Below are positions 52,259-61,560 of a stretch of DNA of 64,000 nucleotides, piece by piece. A program made the position numbers and the translations under genes. Position 1 is the stretch's first letter. Every line of letters starts with the position of its first letter. The stretch lies in NCBI GenBank assembly GCA_964463175.1, contig CAYXBJ010000112.1, forward strand, positions 1,331-65,330. The letters are read 5' to 3'. This DNA is from an uncultured bacterium. Its GTDB lineage: Bacteria; Methylomirabilota; Methylomirabilia; Rokubacteriales; DASRDR01. The notes under the pieces are model-generated. The model was not told the DNA's origin, did not search any database, and was given only the letters and a program-made list of their open reading frames with translations.

Positions 52259-53487
52259 GGCGGCTGCTCCGGCGGGCGCGGCCGGAGCCCGTGGAACGGG
52301 CCGAGGGCCGCGGCCCCCGGCTGGCGTTCGTCGTGCCCCGCTACGGCGCCGACATCGTGGGAGGCGCCGAGACTCTCGTCCGGGGTCTCGCCCAGCACCT
52401 CGCCGCCGCCGGCCACGCCGTCGAGGTGCTGACCACGTGCGCGCAGGACCACCTCTCGTGGAAGAACGTCCTACCGGCCGGCGCCCGCCGCGAGGCCGGC
52501 GTGCTGGTGCGGCGCTTCCCGGTCCAGCTGCGGGACACGCGCCGCCACGCGTGGCTCCAGCAGCGGATCCTCCGAGGCTCGCGGCTCAGCCCGAAGCAAG
52601 AGGCCCGCTGGGTGCAGGAATCGGTCGGGAGCCGGGAGCTTTTCGACCATCTCGCCGAGCGCCAGGCGAACTACGATCTCGTGTGCTTCGCGCCGTACCT
52701 CTTCGGGACGACGCTCCGCGGCGTGCCGCTCGTCCCGGGCCGGGCGGTCCTCATCCCCTGCCTCCACGATGAGCCGTTCGCGCATCTCGGCGTGGTGCGG
52801 AACGCGTTCCAGGCCTGCCGGGGTTTCATCTTCAACGCCGCGCCGGAGGCCGCGCTGGCCGAGAAGCTCTACGGGATCGGGGACCGCCCGGCCGGCGTGG
52901 TCGGCCTCGGCTTCGATCCGCCGCCGGCCACGGATGCGACGGCCTTCCGCCGGCGCCACGGCCTCGAGGGCCCCCTCCTCGTCTATCTCGGACGCAAGGA
53001 AACCGGGAAGAACGTCCCGCTCCTGATCGAGTACGCGCTCCGCTACCGCGACGTCCGTCGCTCCGACCTGACGCTCGTCCTCGCCGGGGACGGCCCGGTC
53101 ACCGCGCCGGCGGGCGCCGCGGGCGTCCGGGACCTCGGGTACCTCGATGCGGCCGCCAAGGCCGCGGCGTACGCGGCCGCCACGGTCGTGTGCCAGCCGT
53201 CGGTCAACGAGTCCTTCTCGATCGTCCTCATGGAGGCGTGGCTCGCGGGGACGCCGGTCCTCGTCCACGCGCGGTGCGCGGTGACGACGCATCACGTCTT
53301 CCAGGCCGGCGGCGGGCTCGCCTTCGAGGACTTCTACGAGTTCGCGGAGGCGCTCGACCTCCTCCTCGAGGACGGCGAGCGGCGCCGCCGCCTCGGCGCC
53401 CAGGGCCGGGCCTACGTCGAGACGGTCTACAGCTGGCCGGCGGTGACCGCGCGCCTCCGCGACACCCTGGAGCGCCTCGTTGCCTGA
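52255..53487 (+). CDS. GT4 family glycosyltransferase (GT-B, group 1), paralog 1
   Basis: RLAFVVPRYGADIVGGAETLV... N-terminus. E-x7-E-like C-terminal domain (MEAWLAGTPVL). GTGA overlap with methyltransferase stop. Confidence 0.8.
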   Translation: MRRLLRRARPEPVERAEGRGPRLAFVVPRYGADIVGGAETLVRGLAQHLAAAGHAVEVLTTCAQDHLSWKNVLPAGARREAGVLVRRFPVQLRDTRRHAWLQQRILRGSRLSPKQEARWVQESVGSRELFDHLAERQANYDLVCFAPYLFGTTLRGVPLVPGRAVLIPCLHDEPFAHLGVVRNAFQACRGFIFNAAPEAALAEKLYGIGDRPAGVVGLGFDPPPATDATAFRRRHGLEGPLLVYLGRKETGKNVPLLIEYALRYRDVRRSDLTLVLAGDGPVTAPAGAAGVRDLGYLDAAAKAAAYAAATVVCQPSVNESFSIVLMEAWLAGTPVLVHARCAVTTHHVFQAGGGLAFEDFYEFAEALDLLLEDGERRRRLGAQGRAYVETVYSWPAVTARLRDTLERLVA

Positions 53488-54673
53488 GACGCTGGCCTTC
53501 GTGGCGCCATGGTACGGGCAGGACATCGCGGGCGGCGCCGAGGCCGAGTGCCGCGAGACGGCGCGGGCGCTCCGGCGGCGCGGCGTCGGGGTCGAGATCC
53601 TCACGACCTGCGCGCGCGACCACGCCTCGCCGTGGGTGGATCACCACCCGGAAGGCGCGACGGAGGAGGGCGGGCTCGTCGTGCGCCGCTTCAAGGTCCG
53701 GCCGCGCGACCCCGAGCAGTACGGGCGGCTCCAGTGGCGCCTGACCGCCGGGGGCACCCTCACGTCCTGGGAGGAAGAGGACTTCGTCCGGGAATCGGTC
53801 AACTCGAACGATCTCTACGCGTACCTGGGCGCCGAGCGCGAGCGGTACTGGTACCTGTTCATCCCGTACTGTTTCGGCACCACGTGGGAAGGCGCGCTGG
53901 TCGCGCCCGAGCGCTCGCTCCTCATTCCCTGCCTCCACGACGAGCCGTTCGCGCAGCTCAAGTGGACGCGGCGCCTCCTGCGCGCCGTCCGCGGCGTCTG
54001 CTTCCACGTACCGGCCGAGCGCGCGCTGGCGGAGCGCCTGGCCGGCGCGGACGCGGCCCGCTTCCACCTCGTCGGTGAGGGCGTCGAGCCGCCGCCGCCG
54101 GGCGATGGCGAGCGGTTTCGCCGGACGCACCGGGTGCTGGATCCGTTCATCCTCTACGCCGGCCGCAAGGCGGCAGAGAAGAACACGCCGCTCCTGGTGG
54201 AGTACTTCGCCCGCTACAAGCTCACCCATCCCCGGAGCCGCCTCAAGCTCGTGCTGATCGGCTCGGGCGGCGTGCGCATTCCGGGCCGGCTCTCCGCTGA
54301 CATCCTCGATCTCGGGTTCGTGACCCCGCAGGACAAGGCCGACGCCTACGCGGCGACGCTGGCGCTCTGCCAGCCGTCGCTCCTCGAGAGCTTCTCGCTC
54401 GTCATGATGGAGGCCTGGCTCGCCGGGGCGCCATCGCTGGTCCACGGGCGGTGCGCCGTGACCCGCGACCACTGCCTCCGCTCGAACGGCGGCCTCTTCT
54501 TCGAGGACTACTTCGAGTTCGTCGAGGCGGTGGAGCTGCTGGCCGGCGACGCGGCGCTCCGTCAGCGGATGGCCGAGGCCGGGCGCGCCTACGTCCTCCA
54601 GCACTACACGTGGGACCGGGTCACCGACAACTACCTGGCCGTCCTCCGCCAGGTCGGAGCCCGGCTGTCGTGA
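53480..54673 (+). CDS. GT4 family glycosyltransferase, paralog 2
   Basis: LAFVAPWYGQDIAGGAEAEC...MEAWLAGAPSL. TTG start with 8-nt overlap to paralog 1. Confidence 0.75.
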   Translation: MPETLAFVAPWYGQDIAGGAEAECRETARALRRRGVGVEILTTCARDHASPWVDHHPEGATEEGGLVVRRFKVRPRDPEQYGRLQWRLTAGGTLTSWEEEDFVRESVNSNDLYAYLGAERERYWYLFIPYCFGTTWEGALVAPERSLLIPCLHDEPFAQLKWTRRLLRAVRGVCFHVPAERALAERLAGADAARFHLVGEGVEPPPPGDGERFRRTHRVLDPFILYAGRKAAEKNTPLLVEYFARYKLTHPRSRLKLVLIGSGGVRIPGRLSADILDLGFVTPQDKADAYAATLALCQPSLLESFSLVMMEAWLAGAPSLVHGRCAVTRDHCLRSNGGLFFEDYFEFVEAVELLAGDAALRQRMAEAGRAYVLQHYTWDRVTDNYLAVLRQVGARLS

Positions 54674-55767
54674 CCGCCCGTCCGCCCATTCGCGCCGTCC
54701 ATCAGCTGGTGTCGAACTTCGATCTCGGGGACGCCATCGGCAATCACGTCCGGGCGCTCCGCCGGCTCCTCCGGAGCTGGGGGTACGCATCCGACGTGTA
54801 CGCCCAGTACCGCCACATGAGCCTCCTCAAGGACGCGCACTTCTACACGACGTATCGCGCGGTGTCCTCGCCCGACACGGTCGTGCTGTTCCACTTCTCG
54901 ATCGGCTCGGAGGTGACGAGCTTCTTCGCCGGCCTGCCGGACCGCCGGGCGATCGTGTACCACAACATCACGCCGCCCGAGTACTTCGTCGGCGTCAACG
55001 CGCGGGTCGCGGATCGGTGCCGGCGCGGGCGCTGGGAGCTGGCCCGGCTCCGCACCGTGACGGAGCTCGCCCTCGGCGTCTCGGAGTTCAACCGGCAGGA
55101 GCTCGAGACCGCGGGATTCCGGCAGACCGGGGTCCTGCCGATCCTCGTCGACTGGGACCAATACGCGCATTCGCCGGTCCGCGCGCTCGAGGAGGCTTAC
55201 GGGCGCGGCACGAACCTCCTCTTCGTCGGCCGCCTCGCCCCGAACAAGCGGATCGAAGATCTGATCAAGGCGTACTACTTCTACCGGCGGCTCGAGCCGG
55301 ACAGCCGCCTGATCATGGTGGGCTCGGCGGTCGACACCGAGACCTACCTCGCCGGTTGCCAGAAGCTCTGCGCGGAGCTGGGGCTCCTCGACCACGTGGT
55401 GTTCGCGGGCAGCGTGTCGCAGGCCGAGCTCTGCACCTACTACCGTCTCGCGGCGGCCTACCTCTGTCTCTCCGAGCACGAGGGCTTCTGCGTGCCGCTC
55501 CTCGAAGCCATGCACTTCGACGTGCCGGTCGTCGCCTACGCGGCGGCGGGCGTGCCCGGCACGATGGGCGACGCCGGCCTCCTCGTCCACGAGAAGGACT
55601 TCCCCGCGATCGCCGAGCTCACTCACCGGGTCGTCCACGATCCCGTGGTGCGCGCCGCCGTCGTCCGCGGGCAGCGCGACCGGCTCCGGGCCTTCGACGC
55701 CGAGACGATCGGCGCCACCCTGCGCGGGCACCTCGAGACCCTGACCAGCGCGGAGGCGGTCCGGTGA
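54670..55767 (+). CDS. GT4 family glycosyltransferase (distinct subfamily)
   Basis: ...EHEGFCVPLLEAMHFDVPVVA (EX7E motif). GTG 54670 overlaps the upstream stop (GTGA). Confidence 0.75.
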   Translation: MTARPPIRAVHQLVSNFDLGDAIGNHVRALRRLLRSWGYASDVYAQYRHMSLLKDAHFYTTYRAVSSPDTVVLFHFSIGSEVTSFFAGLPDRRAIVYHNITPPEYFVGVNARVADRCRRGRWELARLRTVTELALGVSEFNRQELETAGFRQTGVLPILVDWDQYAHSPVRALEEAYGRGTNLLFVGRLAPNKRIEDLIKAYYFYRRLEPDSRLIMVGSAVDTETYLAGCQKLCAELGLLDHVVFAGSVSQAELCTYYRLAAAYLCLSEHEGFCVPLLEAMHFDVPVVAYAAAGVPGTMGDAGLLVHEKDFPAIAELTHRVVHDPVVRAAVVRGQRDRLRAFDAETIGATLRGHLETLTSAEAVR

Positions 55768-56969
55768 GCGCCTCCGGGCCGCGACTGCGGCTCGCCTTCG
55801 TGGTGCAGCGCTACGGCCCGGAGATCGACGGGGGCGCCGAGTACGAGTGCCGTCGCGTCGCCGAGGCCCTGGCGCCTCACCACACCGTCGAGGTGCTGAC
55901 CACGTGCGCCCGCGACTACCTCACCTGGCGGAACGTCTACTCGCCAGGCGTCGAGACGGTCAACGGCGTCCGCGTGCGCCGCTTCGCGGTGGACCGGCCG
56001 CGCCGGGTGCGCGCGTTCGGGCGCTACGCCGACTGGCTCTACGCCACCCCCCACACCTTCTTCGACGAGGCGGAGTGGGTGCGGCTCCAGGGGCCGATCT
56101 GCCCGGCGCTCGTCGAGTGGATCCGGGCTCACGCCGATGACCACGACGGCTTCGTCTTCTACACGTACCTCTATCTCCCGACAACGCTCGGGCTGCCGCT
56201 GGTCGCCCACAAGGCGGTGCTCGTGCCGACGGCCCACGACGAGCGGCCGATCTACCTGGATCTCTTCCGGAGCCTGTTTCGGATCCCGCGCGGGCTGATC
56301 TTCCAGGTCGAGGAGGAGCGGGCGTTCGTCGAGGGGCGCTTCCACACCGCGCACCTGCCTTCGGCGGTGATCGGCGCGGGGATCGACCCGGTCGCCGACG
56401 CCGACGCGGCGCGGTTCCGGCGGCAGCACGGGCTCGAGGGTCCGTACTTCCTCTACGTCGGGCGGGTCGACGTCGAGAAGGGCTGCCGGACGCTCGTCGA
56501 CGCGTTCCTCCAGTGGCGCGAGCGCGCGCCGGAGCCGGTGACGCTGGTCCTCATGGGCACCGTCGCGCTGAAGCTCCCGCGCCATCCGGCCATCCGCGCC
56601 CTCGGCTTCCGGCCCGACCAGGAAAAGCACGACGCCATTGCGGGCGCGACGGCCCTCGTCATGCCGTCGCCCCACGAGAGCTTCTCGTTCGTGATCCTCG
56701 AGGCGTGGTCCCAGGGCACGCCGGTCCTCGCGACCACGCGCTCCCCGGTCCTCCGGGGCCACGTGGAGCGCTCCGGCGCGGGACTCCTCTACGACCGCGC
56801 GCCGGGCGACTTCGGCGCCGCCGCCGCGAGCCTGCTCGCCGACGAGTCGCTCCGGAAGACCTTCGGCGAGCGGGGCCGCGCCTACGTCGAGGCGCGCTAT
56901 CGCTGGCCGGGCATCACCCGCCAGTACCTCGACTTCCTCGGACGCGTCTTCGCGGGGCCGGCGGAATAG
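55764..56969 (+). CDS. GT4 family glycosyltransferase, paralog 3 of the RYG-GGAE group
   Basis: LRLAFVVQRYGPEIDGGAEYEC...LEAWSQGTPVL. GTGA overlap with the upstream gene. Confidence 0.8.
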   Translation: MSASGPRLRLAFVVQRYGPEIDGGAEYECRRVAEALAPHHTVEVLTTCARDYLTWRNVYSPGVETVNGVRVRRFAVDRPRRVRAFGRYADWLYATPHTFFDEAEWVRLQGPICPALVEWIRAHADDHDGFVFYTYLYLPTTLGLPLVAHKAVLVPTAHDERPIYLDLFRSLFRIPRGLIFQVEEERAFVEGRFHTAHLPSAVIGAGIDPVADADAARFRRQHGLEGPYFLYVGRVDVEKGCRTLVDAFLQWRERAPEPVTLVLMGTVALKLPRHPAIRALGFRPDQEKHDAIAGATALVMPSPHESFSFVILEAWSQGTPVLATTRSPVLRGHVERSGAGLLYDRAPGDFGAAAASLLADESLRKTFGERGRAYVEARYRWPGITRQYLDFLGRVFAGPAE

Positions 56970-56972
56970 CCG

Positions 56973-57701
56973 ATGGACGCGCAGGTCTTCACCGAGCACT
57001 TCGACCTCGAGGACACGCACTGGTGGTTCCGCTCCAAGCGCACGCTCGTCCTCTCGCTGCTCCGGCGGTACGGCGCCCTCGCGGGCCCGGGGCTCGACGT
57101 CGGCTGCGGGGCGGGCGGCACGCTCGCGGTCCTCGCCCGGCACGGCACCTGGGCCGGGGTCGACGCCGACCCGGCCGCGCTCCAGCTCTCCCGGCGGCGC
57201 GGCCTCGACCGGCTGGCCGGCGGCGGGGCGGAGGCGCTGCCGTTTCGCACCGGGACGTTCGCGGCGTGCCTCTGCCTCGATCTCCTCTATCACCGCAACG
57301 TGATCTCGGAGGGCGGCGTCCTCCGGGAGTGTCATCGCGTCCTGCGCCCGGGCGGGCTCCTCGTCGTGACGGACTCGGCCTTCAAGTGGCTCCGCTCCGC
57401 GCACGACGACGCCGTCCACGGCGCCCGCCGCTACACGCGGCGCGAGATGGTCGAGCACGTGCGGGCGGCGGGGTTCACGCCGGTGCTCGCCTCCTACGCC
57501 TACTGCCTCGTCTTCCCGGTCGTGGCGGCCGTCCGGCTCGCGCGCCGCGGCGCCAACGGGGGGTCGGACGTCTACCCGGTGCCCCGCCCGCTCAACGCCG
57601 CGCTCCTCGGGGTCCAGGCCGTCGAGCGGGCGCTTCTCCGCGTCGCGTCGCTGCCCTTCGGCAGCTCGGTCGTCCTGGCGGCGCGCAAGGCAGCGGCATG
57701 A
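56973..57701 (+). CDS. Class I SAM-dependent methyltransferase
   Basis: LDVGCGAGGTL motif I. LRPGGLLVV. 242 aa. Confidence 0.75.
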   Translation: MDAQVFTEHFDLEDTHWWFRSKRTLVLSLLRRYGALAGPGLDVGCGAGGTLAVLARHGTWAGVDADPAALQLSRRRGLDRLAGGGAEALPFRTGTFAACLCLDLLYHRNVISEGGVLRECHRVLRPGGLLVVTDSAFKWLRSAHDDAVHGARRYTRREMVEHVRAAGFTPVLASYAYCLVFPVVAAVRLARRGANGGSDVYPVPRPLNAALLGVQAVERALLRVASLPFGSSVVLAARKAAA

Positions 57702-58423
57702 TGGCCTCGGTCGTGCTGCCCACGTACAACGAGCGCGACGTCATTGTCGGCGTGGTCGCCGAGATCCTGGACGCCGTTGGCGACGTCGAGGTGCTGGTCG
57801 TGGACGACGACTCGCCGGACCGGACCTGGGAGCTGGTCGACTCGGCCTTCGCCAGCGACGGCCGGGCGCGCGCCCTCCGGCGAGTCGGCCGCCGCGGCCT
57901 CCCGTCGGCGATCGCCGAGGGCGTCGGGGCCACCACGGGCGAGGTGGTGGTGTGGCTGGACGCGGACGGCTCCATGCCCGCCGACGTCATCCCGCGCCTG
58001 GTCGCCGCCACGGCGGGCGCCGACGTGGCGGTCGCATCGCGCTACGCCCCGGGCGGGAAGGACGCGCGCGATTCGACCGCCCGGATCCTGGCGTCGCGCG
58101 CCATCAACACCTTCGGCACGCTGTGTCTCGGGGGCCCGGTCCGCGACTGGACGTCGGGCTTCGTGGCGGCGCGGCGCGGCGCGCTCGCGCGGGTGCCGAT
58201 CCGCGCCGACCACGCCTACGGGGACTACTGCATCGATTTTCTCCACCGGGCGTGTCGCCAGGGTCTCCGGGTGGTCGAGGTGCCGTACGCGTGCGTGGAA
58301 CGGCGCGCGGGCACCACCAAGACCAGTCCGAGCCTCCGGCGATTCGCGGCCCTGGGATTGCGCTACGTCCACACCATCCGGCGGCTCCGACGGGAGAGCC
58401 GCACCGAGGAGGATCGGTCGTGA
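57698..58423 (+). CDS. GT2 family polyprenyl-phosphate sugar transferase (DPM1/ArnC-like), copy 1
   Basis: VVLPTYNERDVI...VVDDDSPD...LDADGS (DxD) is the signature of dolichyl/undecaprenyl-phosphate glycosyltransferases. ATGA overlap with methyltransferase stop. Confidence 0.8.
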   Translation: MMASVVLPTYNERDVIVGVVAEILDAVGDVEVLVVDDDSPDRTWELVDSAFASDGRARALRRVGRRGLPSAIAEGVGATTGEVVVWLDADGSMPADVIPRLVAATAGADVAVASRYAPGGKDARDSTARILASRAINTFGTLCLGGPVRDWTSGFVAARRGALARVPIRADHAYGDYCIDFLHRACRQGLRVVEVPYACVERRAGTTKTSPSLRRFAALGLRYVHTIRRLRRESRTEEDRS

Positions 58424-59658
58424 TCGAAGAGACCCGACTGCCCGAGGACGTCATGGCCGAGCTCCTGCGCATCGTGCCGGGGCCCGAGCCGGCGCTGGAG
58501 GTCCGTCTCCCCCGCATCCCCGTGGTGGAAGAGTCGCTGAGCCGCCAGATCATTCCCGTGTCGGACCCGCGCCTGGACGGCAACGAGCTGCGCTACCTCA
58601 CCCAGTGCGTCCAGTCGAACTGGATCTCCTCGGCCGGCCGCTTCGTGCGGGAATTCGAGGAGAATTTCGCCCAGCTGGTCGGGTGCAAGTACGGGGTCGC
58701 CTGCTCGAACGGGACCACGTCGCTCCACCTCGCGCTGGTGACCTTCGGCCTCGAGCCGGGGGACGAGGTCATCCTCCCCGCCTTCACGATGATTGCGACC
58801 GCGAACGCCGTCAAATACACCGGTGCCACCCCCGTGCTGGTCGACTCGGAGCGCGATACCTGGAATCCGGACACGTCGAAGATCGCCGCGGCCATCACGC
58901 CCCGGACCAAGGGGATCATCGTCGTCCATACCTACGGCCATCCGGTGGACATGGATCCGGTCATGGAGGCCGCCGCGCGGCGGGGCCTGTGGGTCCTGGA
59001 GGACGCCGCGGAGGCCCACGGCGCGATTTACCGGAACCGGCCCATCGGGAGCATCGGCCAGGCCGCCTCCTTCTCCTTCTACGCGAACAAAATCATCACG
59101 ACCGGCGAGGGCGGCATGGTCACCACGAACGACCTGGAGATCGCGCGCCTCGGCCGCCGGCTGCGCGATCACGCCTTCTCGGACGAGCGCCACTTCTGGC
59201 ACAAGTACCTCGGCTTCAACTACCGGATGACCAACATGCAGGCCGCGGTAGGCCTCGCGCAGTGCGAGCGACTGGAGGAGTTCGTGCGCATCCGCCGCGA
59301 CAACGCCGCCCGCTACTCGGCGCGGCTCAAGCGGATCCCCGGGCTCACGCTGCCGGTGGAGAAGGACTGGGCGAAGAACGTCTACTGGATGTACGGCGTC
59401 GTGGTCGAGGACGAGTTCGGCATCTCCCGGGACGAGCTCCGGCGGCGGCTTGCCCGGCGCGGCATCGAGACCCGCACCTTCTTCATTCCCATCCACATGC
59501 AGCCGATCTACTATGAGTTGTTCCGCGGGCAGCGGTTCCCGGTGGCCGAGGAGCTCTGCCAGCGCGGGCTCTACCTGCCCTCGGGCGCGACCCTGACGGA
59601 GGCCGAGGTGGCCTACGTGTGCCAGGCCGTGGCCGAGGTGCGAGAGGAACGCGGATGA
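58420..59658 (+). CDS. DegT/DnrJ/EryC1/StrS sugar aminotransferase (2 of 3)
   Basis: FSFYANKIITTGEGG. GAGGAGG RBS 7 nt upstream of GTG 58420, which overlaps the GT2 stop. Confidence 0.8.
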   Translation: MIEETRLPEDVMAELLRIVPGPEPALEVRLPRIPVVEESLSRQIIPVSDPRLDGNELRYLTQCVQSNWISSAGRFVREFEENFAQLVGCKYGVACSNGTTSLHLALVTFGLEPGDEVILPAFTMIATANAVKYTGATPVLVDSERDTWNPDTSKIAAAITPRTKGIIVVHTYGHPVDMDPVMEAAARRGLWVLEDAAEAHGAIYRNRPIGSIGQAASFSFYANKIITTGEGGMVTTNDLEIARLGRRLRDHAFSDERHFWHKYLGFNYRMTNMQAAVGLAQCERLEEFVRIRRDNAARYSARLKRIPGLTLPVEKDWAKNVYWMYGVVVEDEFGISRDELRRRLARRGIETRTFFIPIHMQPIYYELFRGQRFPVAEELCQRGLYLPSGATLTEAEVAYVCQAVAEVREERG

Positions 59659-60746
59659 TTCCGGTCTTCGCTCCCTGGCTGTCCGACAACGTGCGGCGCT
59701 ACGTGCTCGACTGCGTCGACACCGGCTGGATCTCGTCGCTCGGCGAGTACGTGAAGCGCTTCGAGCGCGACTTCGCGACGTTCTGCGAGGCCCGGCACGC
59801 GGTGGCGACGTCGAACGGCACCACCGCCCTCCACCTGTGCCTCGCGACCCTCGGGATCGGGCCGGGCGACGAGGTCCTGATCCCCGACCTGACCTTCATC
59901 GCGACGGCCAACGTGGTCCGCTTCACCGGCGCGACCCCGGTCCTCGTCGACTCCGAGCCCCGGACGTGGAACATCGATCCCGTCGACGCGCGCCGCAAGG
60001 TCACGTCCCGGACCCGCGCCATCATCCCGGTCCATCTCTACGGCCACCCGGTGGACATGGATCCGCTGCTCGCCCTGGCCGCCGAGCATCGCCTGGAGAT
60101 CGTCGAGGACGCCGCCGAGGCCCACGGGGCGCGCTACAAGGGGCGGCGCGTCGGCGCGATCGGGCGCATCGGCGCCTTCTCCTTCTACGGGAACAAGATC
60201 ATCACGACTGGCGAGGGCGGCGCGGTGGTGACGAACGACCCCGCGCTGGCCGAGCGCGCCGCATTCCTGCGCGACCACGCGATGGATCCCCGGCGCCGCT
60301 ACTATCATCCGGAGGTCGGCTACAACTACCGCATGACCAACATCCAGGCGGCGATCGGCTGCGCTCAGCTCGAGCAGGCGGATGCCATCCTCGCGCGGCG
60401 GAAGGCCATCGCGGCCGCCTACCAGACAGGCCTCGCCGGGATTCGGGGACTCACGCCGCCGCCCGCCGAGCCCTGGGCGGAGACCGTCTACTGGATGTAC
60501 TCCGTTCTCATCGAGCCGGCCTTCGGGCGGAGCCGGGCGGACGTGATGGCGGGCCTCCGCGCGCGCGGCGTGGACTCGCGCCCCTTCTTCGTCCCGCTCC
60601 ACGAGATGCCGCCGGACCGCCTGGACGCGCCGTTCCCGGTGGCGACGTCGCTCGGGGCGCGGGGGATCAACCTCCCCTCCGGCACCGGGCTCCAGCTCGA
60701 GGAGATCGCCACGGTGTGCGACGCTCTGCGGGCGCTCGCCGGCTGA
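59655..60746 (+). CDS. DegT/DnrJ/EryC1/StrS sugar aminotransferase (3 of 3)
   Basis: FSFYGNKIITTGEGG. ATGA overlap with upstream degT. Confidence 0.85.
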   Translation: MIPVFAPWLSDNVRRYVLDCVDTGWISSLGEYVKRFERDFATFCEARHAVATSNGTTALHLCLATLGIGPGDEVLIPDLTFIATANVVRFTGATPVLVDSEPRTWNIDPVDARRKVTSRTRAIIPVHLYGHPVDMDPLLALAAEHRLEIVEDAAEAHGARYKGRRVGAIGRIGAFSFYGNKIITTGEGGAVVTNDPALAERAAFLRDHAMDPRRRYYHPEVGYNYRMTNIQAAIGCAQLEQADAILARRKAIAAAYQTGLAGIRGLTPPPAEPWAETVYWMYSVLIEPAFGRSRADVMAGLRARGVDSRPFFVPLHEMPPDRLDAPFPVATSLGARGINLPSGTGLQLEEIATVCDALRALAG

Positions 60747-60806
60747 GGGTCACCGGCCGACGATGCCTCTCTCGACGCGCCCCCCCGAACGCTGAGTCAC
60801 GCCGCC

Positions 60807-61508
60807 GTGGTGTCCGTCGTGCTGCCCACGTACAACGAGCGGGAGGGGATCGCCGAGCTCGTCACCGAGATCCTCGGCGTTGCCCGCAGCGCGCGACTCG
60901 AGGTCGAGGTCCTGGTGGTGGACGACGCGTCGCCCGACGGCACGGCCGCCCATGTGGAAACGGTCTTCGCCGCCGACCCCGCGGTGCGGGTCCACGTGCG
61001 CCGGGGCGAGCGGGGGCTGGCGAGCGCGATCCACCGCGGCATCCGCGAGGCGCGCGGCGACACCATCGTGGTCATGGACTCGGACGGCAATCACGACCCC
61101 GCTCTCCTGCCGCTGATGGTCCGCTGCGCGGAGGACTTCGACGTGGTCATCGGCTCCCGGTACGTCCTCGGGGGCGGCATGCTCACGTCGCGGTTTCGCT
61201 ACTGGGGCTCGTACGCCTTCAACATCCTGATCCGGATCGTGCTGGGGCTGCGGATCCACGACAACCTCTCCGGCTACCTCGCGTTCCGGCCGCCGCTCCT
61301 GCACGGACTCGATCCCGAGGCGGTGTTCTACGGGTACGGTGACTACGCCATCCGGCTGCTCCACCACGTGGTCCGCCGGGGCGGCCGGGTGCTGGAGATC
61401 CCCACCGTCTATCGGTTCCGGAAGGGGGGCGAGTCGAAGACCCGCTTCTCCGCGTACCTCTGGACGTATCTCGCGTCGGTCTTCCGCCTCCGGCTGGCCC
61501 GGCGGTGA
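60807..61508 (+). CDS. GT2 family polyprenyl-phosphate sugar transferase (DPM1/ArnC-like), copy 2
   Basis: VVLPTYNEREGI...VVDDASPDGT...MDSDGN. GTG start 60807. Confidence 0.8.
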   Translation: MVSVVLPTYNEREGIAELVTEILGVARSARLEVEVLVVDDASPDGTAAHVETVFAADPAVRVHVRRGERGLASAIHRGIREARGDTIVVMDSDGNHDPALLPLMVRCAEDFDVVIGSRYVLGGGMLTSRFRYWGSYAFNILIRIVLGLRIHDNLSGYLAFRPPLLHGLDPEAVFYGYGDYAIRLLHHVVRRGGRVLEIPTVYRFRKGGESKTRFSAYLWTYLASVFRLRLARR

Positions 61509-61510
61509 AC

Positions 61511-61537
61511 CCACCGGCCGAAGGCCGCCCGGTCAAC
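61511..61537 (+). repeat. Third copy of the CCACMGGCCGAAGGCCGYCCGGTCRAC motif
   Basis: acccaccggccgaaggccgcccggtcaac lies immediately after the GT2 stop and 24 nt before the GTG of the large membrane glycosyltransferase. Confidence 0.5.
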
Positions 61538-61560
61538 TCCTGCGCGGCCGCGACGCTCTG

